Assembly (NCBI GenBank): GCA_017609745.1
Contig: JAFCDK010000038.1
Coordinates: forward strand, 1-6,473
Direction of reading: 5' to 3'
DNA length: 6,473 nt
From: Candidatus Pacearchaeota archaeon
Lineage (GTDB): Archaea; Nanobdellota; Nanobdellia; Pacearchaeales; GW2011-AR1
The notes under the pieces are model-generated. The model was given only the letters and a program-made list of their open reading frames with translations, searched no databases and was not told the DNA's origin. The position numbers were made by a program, and so were the translations under genes. This document shows, piece after piece, positions 1 through 5,083 of this stretch (positions within the stretch are counted from its first letter, which is position 1; each line of letters opens with the position of its first letter).

Positions 1-91
1 ACAATTGGCTGTCTTATTTTCATATGTTTTTAAATATAGATTTGTTTTTAAAGGTTAAGATGTTGGAAAATAAGTAAGAATTAATGTTGGT

Positions 92-516
92 GTGAGGAGA
101 GGTTATGTTTATTGTCCTAGAGATAAAGAGATAGAGATTCCAGAAGATTATGCGCGTATTGATATTGGAATTAATGATTGGGCCCGAGCAATTGCACGAC
201 TTAGAAATGCCTTACAAGAAAAAGGAGAAACAAAAAAAGAGCTTTTTTAAGGAAATCTCCTAATGAAATTCAATATGAAATTGAATTACTTTTTCCAGCC
301 GGGCATAGTGTTAGTTATTTAAGGATAACTACTTTTAATAAGGATTTACCTGATTATGATATTAATAAATATCAACCCAAGAGGCAAATTTTAAGTTGGT
401 CTCCGACAAAGAAAATAGCTGATATAACTGCTAAAAAATTATTCGGATGGGATTCTCAAAAATTAGAAAAAATTGTTGATACTTCTGAAACAGAAATTCT
501 TATTGCTGGAAGTTAA
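92..516 (+). pseudogene. Two-frame (frameshifted) ORF of unknown function. An upstream segment (GTG 92..stop 248-250) and a downstream open frame (205..stop 514-516) overlap at an A7 run.
   Basis: Manual translation. The frame containing nt 113 reads ..RRGYVYCPRDKEIEIPEDYARIDIGINDWARAIARLRNALQEKGETKKELF*. The -1 frame is open from 205 and reads ..KKRAFLRKSPNEIQYEIELLFPAGHSVSYLRITTFNKDLPDYDINKYQPKRQILSWSPTKKIADITAKKLFGWDSQKLEKIVDTSETEILIAGS*, with no ATG/GTG/TTG of its own. That explains its absence from the ORF track. The frames join at A AAA AAA (232-238). I recognised no family. Confidence 0.35.
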
Positions 517-519
517 TTT

Positions 520-789
520 CTATTTTATATCAGCACCCTCTTCTCTCAGCAATCTTCTTTTTATTTTTGAATTCATCTTTCCTTTGTATCCTCCAAGAGA
601 CCCATCACTTTTAATGACTCTATGACATGGAATTTTTATTGGATAAGGATTTTTCTTTAATGCTTGTCCTATTGCTCTTGGGGATGTTTTTAATTTTTCT
701 GCGATTGCTTTATATGTCGTTGTTTTTCCTTTTGGAACTTTTCTAACTTCTGCAAAAACTCTCTTTTGAAATTTTGTAATCTTTATCAT
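520..789 (-). CDS. ogt: Methylated-DNA--protein-cysteine methyltransferase (O6-alkylguanine-DNA alkyltransferase), minimal single-domain form
   Basis: The 89-aa product carries the canonical MGMT C-terminal domain pattern: TKFQKRVF..VPKGKTTTY..IA..L..SPRAIGQALKKNP.PI.IPCHRVI.SDGSLGGY. This includes the PCHRV active-site cysteine motif. The N-terminal Ogt/Ada domain is absent. Confidence 0.9.
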   Translation of the reverse strand: MIKITKFQKRVFAEVRKVPKGKTTTYKAIAEKLKTSPRAIGQALKKNPYPIKIPCHRVIKSDGSLGGYKGKMNSKIKRRLLREEGADIK

Positions 790-806
790 ATATCTTAAAA
801 GATAAG

Positions 807-823
807 AATATTTTTAAATATTT
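807..823. promoter_or_regulatory. Palindromic TATA-like element in the divergent ogt / ORF839 intergenic region (candidate bidirectional archaeal promoter)
   Basis: AATATTT-TT-AAATATT (807-822) is an inverted repeat. TTTTTAAATATTT (811-823) lies 22-34 nt from the ogt ATG (789). An identical copy with identical spacing lies upstream of the PC4-like gene (5450-5462 vs ATG 5428). The element is also 16-32 nt upstream of ATG 839. Confidence 0.4.
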
Positions 824-838
824 AATATAAATTATTTT

Positions 839-1183
839 ATGAACTTAGAAGAATATTTTAAAAAAGGGTTTGAGATAGTCGCAGGAAAACCTTCTGATGA
901 TGAGAGATTTCCTTATTTTGTTTTTGGCAGTAGCAGTCTTGTGTCTTTTTGTTTTAATGAGAATGGAGAGATTTCCATACCCAAGGATTATCTAGAGGAT
1001 GGAGAAAAAGGAGTTGAAAAAATTGAATCCATAATAAGAACTTATCTTAAGAGTCATTATAATTCGCTTGAAGACACTTCTAATAAACCTTTAAAGATTT
1101 TTATTGAAAGTGATAGATTTAATTCCATTGTGGAGGGATTAGTTAAAAAATATCCTCCAGAAATATTTAAAAATAGTTTTTGA
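839..1183 (+). CDS. Hypothetical protein (114 aa, soluble, acidic)
   Basis: ATG-initiated ORF with a TATA-like box upstream. It is tightly packed against the next gene, and I recognised no family motif. Confidence 0.6.
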   Translation: MNLEEYFKKGFEIVAGKPSDDERFPYFVFGSSSLVSFCFNENGEISIPKDYLEDGEKGVEKIESIIRTYLKSHYNSLEDTSNKPLKIFIESDRFNSIVEGLVKKYPPEIFKNSF

Positions 1184-1194
1184 TTCTTTTGTTC

Positions 1195-1581
1195 ATGAAA
1201 AAGAGCTGGATTAAGGAATTTGCAAGAGATTTTATCGCCTTAGGAAGCATTCCTTTTTTTATTTTAGTTCTTGTAAGAGTTTCAATACTTTCAAAGCCTT
1301 ATTTTTTGAGCCAATTTATGATTTCAGGTGTTTTGTTCATTTTGTTAATTAAACTTTTCAAGGCAAATCTTTATTCTGGGTTTGGATTGGTTATGCTAAT
1401 TTTCACAAGTTTGTATTATAATGACCTCCAATTTGCTATCTTCGCTATTCTTGCTTATATTTGTTTAATTGTCTCACTAATTTATTTAGATAATGATAAA
1501 AAAGAAATACTTAAAGGAGTTTTGTTTGGGATTTTAAGTAGTTTAATTAGTTATTATGCTGTTCAAATGATTTTCTTTTGA
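1195..1581 (+). CDS. Hypothetical integral membrane protein (about 4 predicted TM helices)
   Basis: The track ORF begins at TTG 1180, which overlaps the upstream TGA (1181-1183). The first ATG is at 1195 (MKKSWIKEF...). There are four long hydrophobic stretches and no catalytic motifs that I recognise. Confidence 0.6.
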   Translation: MKKSWIKEFARDFIALGSIPFFILVLVRVSILSKPYFLSQFMISGVLFILLIKLFKANLYSGFGLVMLIFTSLYYNDLQFAIFAILAYICLIVSLIYLDNDKKEILKGVLFGILSSLISYYAVQMIFF

Positions 1582-1599
1582 TTTTTTAGATATAGAAAA

Positions 1600-1608
1600 T
1601 TTTAAAAA
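1600..1608 (+). promoter_or_regulatory. TATA-like box upstream of ORF 1630
   Basis: TTTTAAAAA lies 22-30 nt upstream of ATG 1630. It is preceded by a T-run (1582-1587) just after the upstream stop, which could act as an oligo-T terminator. Confidence 0.3.
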
Positions 1609-1629
1609 CTGTTGTTTTTGAATATTTTA

Positions 1630-1992
1630 ATGACAAAAGCATATAATTATATAAATGAATCAATAAAATTAACTGAAAGCGTAGGATATTTAATTAACGA
1701 ACATTTTCGAGATGATGTTAGGCGTACTGTGATATCTGAAAATATATATGAGTGGGGGATGCAGCAATTAAGAAAAAAACAGTTAAATAGTTTAATGGAG
1801 GAAGGAATTGATTCTTTTGATTTTGTTAGAGATAATGATTTTGAGCGGTATTGCAGATTACAGTATGAACAAGCTGAAGCTGGTTATGATTTAGCTAGAC
1901 TGTATATTTTAGGAGATTTTATACCAGAAGAGCTGAGGGGAATAGTTGATAATCCTAATAATCATTTTGATAGATCTGGATATCATGAATAA
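1630..1992 (+). CDS. Hypothetical protein (120 aa from ATG 1630; the track extends it to TTG 1612)
   Basis: Open frame with ATG at 1630, placed about 22-30 nt downstream of a TATA-like box. No family recognised. Confidence 0.55.
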   Translation: MTKAYNYINESIKLTESVGYLINEHFRDDVRRTVISENIYEWGMQQLRKKQLNSLMEEGIDSFDFVRDNDFERYCRLQYEQAEAGYDLARLYILGDFIPEELRGIVDNPNNHFDRSGYHE

Positions 1993-2022
1993 TTATAAAA
2001 ACTATTCTTAATTTTATAAATA

Positions 2023-2310
2023 ATGAAAACAATTAAAGATTTGGAAGATAAATATGATTTAGAATTAAAGAGAATTATTTCTAAGATTAAAAAAAATAAG
2101 TCAAAATTAGTTTTATTACAATTTCCAGACGGACTTAAACCTTATGCAACTGCTGTTGTTGATTATCTTGAGGAAAAAACAGATTCTAATTTTTTAATCT
2201 GGTTTGGAGATTGTTTTGGTGCATGTGATACCCCTGTTGGTTTAGAAAATATAAAACCTAAAATAGATTTGGTTGTTCAATTTGGACATTCAGAAATGAT
2301 GCCAAAGTAA
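2023..2310 (+). CDS. dph2: Dph2 (2-(3-amino-3-carboxypropyl)histidine synthase, diphthamide biosynthesis) N-terminal fragment only; probable truncated remnant or pseudogene
   Basis: The 95-aa product matches the archaeal Dph2 N-terminus: L.LQFPDGL...A..V..YLEE......I.GD.CFGACD......I..DLVVQFGHSEM. Compare Pyrococcus Dph2 ..LIQSPEGL..YGACD..LIHLGHSYM. Full-length archaeal Dph2 is about 330-340 aa. Here the frame stops right after the GHS.M motif, and no continuation is visible in any frame before the next gene. Confidence 0.8.
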   Translation: MKTIKDLEDKYDLELKRIISKIKKNKSKLVLLQFPDGLKPYATAVVDYLEEKTDSNFLIWFGDCFGACDTPVGLENIKPKIDLVVQFGHSEMMPK

Positions 2311-2361
2311 TGTGTTTGATTATAATAATCTTTAAAAAGACTATTTTAGAGCATATAAATG

Positions 2362-2372
2362 TTTAAAAAAAA
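2362..2372 (+). promoter_or_regulatory. TATA-like box upstream of the PagL-like gene
   Basis: TTTAAAAAAAA lies 20-30 nt upstream of ATG 2392. This is the same architecture as other genes in the window, and there is no SD sequence. Confidence 0.3.
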
Positions 2373-2391
2373 GAATTTGTCCTTTTATTAG

Positions 2392-3114
2392 ATGAGAAAA
2401 GGTATTTTTAGGGATGGATTATCCCTTCTTGCAAGTTTAATCTTTTTTGCTGGATGCACGACTTTTTCTAATCCTGTAACAAATACTCATAATCGTGTTT
2501 ATTTTAATGAAGGCAACAGACAAAATATTTGTGAAAGTTTTAAGAGAGAAAGAGCACCTGATGATAAAAAAACAAGAGAAAGCATTTTTAATGAGGATGA
2601 GTTTTCACTTCAAGCTATGGTAGGATATTTTTCTTCTTCAGCTTGTAGTATTGGTACAGATACTTCTGATTTCAGATATACACAATTAAATCTTCGTCTT
2701 GGAAGAATGATGGGGGATCCAATAAAAATAGGAGTTCTCCCCAAAGGTAATTTGGAAACATTAATTCAGGTTTCTAGTTCAAATTTTTCTAGAAACCCTG
2801 GAAATGATTCTATGGGAGTGGCTGTTTTACTTCGTTATAATATTGTTCAAGATAACTGGAAAATTGTTCCTTATATTCAAACTGGAGTAGGTATTATTCA
2901 TACAAATGTGCACAAAGATTATTCTCAACGTGCTATTGGACAATCAATAGAGTTTACTCCTCAAGTTAGTTTAGGTTTTCGTTACTTACTCAGTGAAAAT
3001 TGGTCCATTGATGCAGAGGGAATGTTTCATCATATTTCTAATGCTGGATTAGATGAAAGAAATGATGGTGTTAATTCTGTGGGGGTATTTGCTGGATTTA
3101 CTTATAATTTTTAG
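2392..3114 (+). CDS. Lipoprotein with an outer-membrane-type beta-barrel, PagL / acyloxyacyl hydrolase (lipid A deacylase)-like
   Basis: The N-terminus MRKGIFRDGLSLLASLIFFAG|C is a signal peptide plus lipobox. The body shows the alternating amphipathic pattern typical of beta-strands. HHISNAG...NDGVN near the C-terminus resembles the PagL-family His-x-Ser catalytic motif followed by N.G.N. The C-terminus ends ..GFTYNF, and a terminal aromatic Phe is the classic Gram-negative OMP signature. Confidence 0.65.
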   Translation: MRKGIFRDGLSLLASLIFFAGCTTFSNPVTNTHNRVYFNEGNRQNICESFKRERAPDDKKTRESIFNEDEFSLQAMVGYFSSSACSIGTDTSDFRYTQLNLRLGRMMGDPIKIGVLPKGNLETLIQVSSSNFSRNPGNDSMGVAVLLRYNIVQDNWKIVPYIQTGVGIIHTNVHKDYSQRAIGQSIEFTPQVSLGFRYLLSENWSIDAEGMFHHISNAGLDERNDGVNSVGVFAGFTYNF

Positions 3115-3120
3115 AATTTG

Positions 3121-3291
3121 TTATATCTTAATCAATCTAAATGTTGAAGTTGCAATTAACAAAAGCCCTATGATTCCTATTGTAATTCTTGTAGCTAATG
3201 GAAAAATTCCTAAAAACATAAAAACTACAGAAGTTAAAGTTAAAATAAGTCCTACTATGAACTGAATTAAGCTTAGTGTTTTTTTATTCAT
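3121..3291 (-). CDS. Small hydrophobic protein, 56 aa, two predicted TM helices (not in the supplied ORF track)
   Basis: Manual translation of the minus strand from ATG (3291..3289) to TAA (3123..3121) gives MNKKTLSLIQFIVGLILTLTSVVFMFLGIFPLATRITIGIIGLLLIATSTFRLIKI. It lies 43 nt downstream of ccdA on the same strand and fills an otherwise 220-nt gap. The hydrophobicity could partly be a composition artefact, because this strand is T-rich. Confidence 0.4.
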   Translation of the reverse strand: MNKKTLSLIQFIVGLILTLTSVVFMFLGIFPLATRITIGIIGLLLIATSTFRLIKI

Positions 3292-3334
3292 AATCTTAAT
3301 ATAAAATATAAGTTTATAATTCTTTATTTTTTGA

Positions 3335-4039
3335 TTAAATCCAACCCATTAACAAAGCAAGTCCAACTAAGAACAATAAAATACCTGCGATTAAATGAAG
3401 CCTTCTGATATTTTTTTCTTTCCATCCTGAAACTTCGTCGACTTTTGCAAATCCATAATAAACTAATCCAATAATAATTAACATTGGCAAAATAAATAAC
3501 ATATTATAATATAAGAGCCAAGGAAGTGCTCCTAAAGTTCCTAATTCAGATAATAATCCTGAAGCGACTATATAAGGGCCAATAGTACATGGTAGTAAAA
3601 ATATAGTTACTAAAAAACCAATGATAAATGCCCCTGAAGGAGAGGTTATTTTTTGAATTATTCTTTTTACTTTTGGTCTCATAAACATAGGCATTTCTGT
3701 TACAAGCCCCCCTGGTTTGTATGTGAAATAATCTTTTAAATTTAATGCCCCAAGAATCATTGCTAAAATTGCTAATCCGTTATAGATAATTCCTGAATTT
3801 TCTCTTAATAATTCTGCAAATGTTTTGAAAAACTGTATTATAACAACCCCGTAAAATAAATACCCCAGATAAACAGATGCACTAAATGCTATACCTGCGT
3901 ATAGAACTTTTTTTCTTTTATCTGGATTTTGAATTAAAATAGCCATTAAAACCATTGTTAGAACTGCGATAGCACACGGATTAACAGAATCTGCTAATGC
4001 AAGTGTTGTTATTCTCCAAAAGTTTAATGTGTTTATCAT
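3335..4039 (-). CDS. ccdA: CcdA / DsbD_2-family transmembrane thiol-disulfide electron transporter
   Basis: Polytopic membrane protein of 234 aa. It has the two hallmark membrane-embedded cysteine motifs of the family: ADSVNPCAIAVL in TM1 and LLPCTIGPY in a later TM. Confidence 0.8.
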   Translation of the reverse strand: MINTLNFWRITTLALADSVNPCAIAVLTMVLMAILIQNPDKRKKVLYAGIAFSASVYLGYLFYGVVIIQFFKTFAELLRENSGIIYNGLAILAMILGALNLKDYFTYKPGGLVTEMPMFMRPKVKRIIQKITSPSGAFIIGFLVTIFLLPCTIGPYIVASGLLSELGTLGALPWLLYYNMLFILPMLIIIGLVYYGFAKVDEVSGWKEKNIRRLHLIAGILLFLVGLALLMGWI

Positions 4040-4050
4040 TTTTTATTTTT

Positions 4051-4070
4051 GTCTCGCGCTGACGCGCTCG
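4051..4070 (-). promoter_or_regulatory. GC-rich tandem direct repeat (CGCGCT x2 with 8-nt period) between a TATA-like box and the ccdA start codon; candidate operator or 5'-leader element
   Basis: gtctCGCGCTgaCGCGCTcg is the only markedly GC-rich stretch I saw in any intergenic region here. It lies 12-31 nt upstream of the ccdA ATG (4039) and downstream of TAAATATTTTA (4095-4105, minus sense). Confidence 0.3.
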
Positions 4071-4108
4071 TAATAGTTGATTTTTGTGTTAATGTAAAAT
4101 ATTTAGTA

Positions 4109-4321
4109 TTAATTATTTTTATTCTTCCAATTTTTTATTTGATTGTAAATATTTTCAAAAACTTCTTTTGGGTTTTTTCCTTCTGCTTGAAAAGCTCTTT
4201 CTTTATCCTTACTTAAAACAACACAGTAGAGATAACGTTTTCCATTGATAGAGTAATGATTCATAGCCACTATTCCATAATCTTCTTCAAAAATCTTTTT
4301 CTCAAACTCTTCGAAATCCAT
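4109..4321 (-). CDS. Hypothetical small cytoplasmic protein (70 aa)
   Basis: ATG ORF starting 4 nt after the stop of the Trx-like gene on the same strand, a spacing consistent with co-transcription. No family recognised. Confidence 0.55.
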   Translation of the reverse strand: MDFEEFEKKIFEEDYGIVAMNHYSINGKRYLYCVVLSKDKERAFQAEGKNPKEVFENIYNQIKNWKNKNN

Positions 4322-4325
4322 TTCT

Positions 4326-4658
4326 TCAACACCCTGTAAGCTCTTTTAATTTTTCAATACTATAAACACCCACATGTTTTTCTCCATTTATAATCCATGT
4401 TGGGGTGTACTCAATCCCAGAGCATTTTTCTCTTTCAAACCAACAATCAATTATATTTAAATATTTTTTATTTTCTCCGAATTTTTCTTCTTGAGCTTGA
4501 CATGCTCTGCACCCAAGCTGACCATATAATTCTGAGTTTTGTCCAATACATTTCGCAGTCTCTTCTGAAGTTTCTGGATGTGGTTTGACTAGAACTATTA
4601 CAGATATTATTATCACTATTAAAATTACTAAAATTGTTATTAGGCTTCTTTTTTTCAT
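4326..4658 (-). CDS. Membrane-anchored thioredoxin-like protein (CxxC) resembling the Trx-like domain found fused to bacterial VKOR
   Basis: From ATG 4658 (the track starts at TTG 4676): MKKRSLITILVILIVIIISVIVLV is an N-terminal TM anchor. Then comes YGQLGCRACQAQEEKFG....IDC......KCSGIEYTPTWIINGEKHVGVYSIEKLKELTGC. This parallels the cyanobacterial VKOR Trx-like domain pattern YGA.WCPHCQ.QKELFG...VEC....C...GI.SYPTWIING..Y.GV.SLE.L. Confidence 0.75.
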   Translation of the reverse strand: MKKRSLITILVILIVIIISVIVLVKPHPETSEETAKCIGQNSELYGQLGCRACQAQEEKFGENKKYLNIIDCWFEREKCSGIEYTPTWIINGEKHVGVYSIEKLKELTGC

Positions 4659-4748
4659 AAAAAGAAAAATTAACAAATAGTTTTAAATGTTTTGATATAA
4701 TGATTGATGAATATAAAAACTTAAATAGTATTTATTATCTAAAATTTT

Positions 4749-5057
4749 ATGACTGAAAGATACCCCGAATTAGCGACTATTTTTCCTCAAGAATTACCAT
4801 ACTCACTTTTAGCTATTATTAATAATGGTATTAAGAGTGTTGGAGATGGTGAAAAAGTTGAGAGAAAATTTCTTGAAACTATACTAATATATGAATGTTA
4901 TAAGAAAAATGCTGAACAAGTAACAAGAGATCAAGCTTCTAATTTTATACAAATCCTTCTTTGTAGAGGATATTTAGATATGTCTGATGATAATCCTAAT
5001 CCAAAAACTGAATTATATCTTGAATTATCAAAAAAAGGAAAAGAACTTTTGAAATAA
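4749..5057 (+). CDS. Hypothetical protein, possible winged-helix DNA-binding fold
   Basis: 102-aa ORF divergent from the Trx-like/ccdA cluster. The C-terminal half (..QVTRDQASNFIQILLCRGYLDM..TELYLELSKKGKELL) resembles a recognition helix plus wing of MarR-like wHTH proteins. The functional call is weak. Confidence 0.5.
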   Translation: MTERYPELATIFPQELPYSLLAIINNGIKSVGDGEKVERKFLETILIYECYKKNAEQVTRDQASNFIQILLCRGYLDMSDDNPNPKTELYLELSKKGKELLK

Positions 5058-5083
5058 TCTTTATTTTATCTTAAGAAATTATT

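Noticed and set aside
1-77. Open plus-strand frame from the left edge to TAA 75-77 (..NWLSYFHMFLNIDLFLKVKMLENK*), and a minus-strand ATG at 24..22 running off the edge
   Set aside because: Only about 25 and about 8 codons are visible. Even in AT-rich sequence, where stop codons are frequent, an open stretch this short can arise by chance, so there is not enough sequence to call either as a gene end.
105-134. Nine-codon ATG ORF (MFIVLEIKR*) preceded by an SD-like GGAGAGG
   Set aside because: No other gene in the window uses an SD sequence. The purine run is more simply read as part of the GTG-92 frame (..RRG..). It is kept only as a caveat on where the frameshifted ORF really starts.
264-287. 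An 8-bp hairpin AATTCAAT-atgaa-ATTGAATT (also readable as a 12-nt imperfect tandem repeat) as a possible frameshift stimulator
   Set aside because: It begins about 29 nt after the slippery heptamer, whereas stimulatory structures normally start about 5-9 nt downstream. It is also almost entirely A-U pairs. It lies inside the coding frame (NEIQYEIEL) and is plausibly chance.
791-804. Short inverted repeat TATCTT-AA-AAGATA next to the ogt start
   Set aside because: A 6-bp A/T-rich arm is expected by chance in this composition, and I have no second copy or conservation to support it. The larger AATATTT/AAATATT palindrome is already reported as the promoter element.
3053-3265. Plus-strand 70-aa ORF from the supplied track
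   Set aside because: Its 5' part overlaps the well-supported C-terminus of the PagL-like gene in another frame. The remainder lies opposite a more protein-like minus-strand two-TM ORF, and I recognised no motif. It is probably spurious.
4397-4588. Plus-strand 63-aa ORF
   Set aside because: It is entirely antisense to the Trx-like CDS, whose homology is clear. The sequence looks like a frame-shadow translation.
5058-5083. Convergent intergenic spacer between the wHTH-like and PC4-like genes as a bidirectional terminator
   Set aside because: It contains only short T-runs (ttatttt, and aaaataa on the complement) and a CTTAAG palindrome. That is too weak to call a terminator with any confidence.
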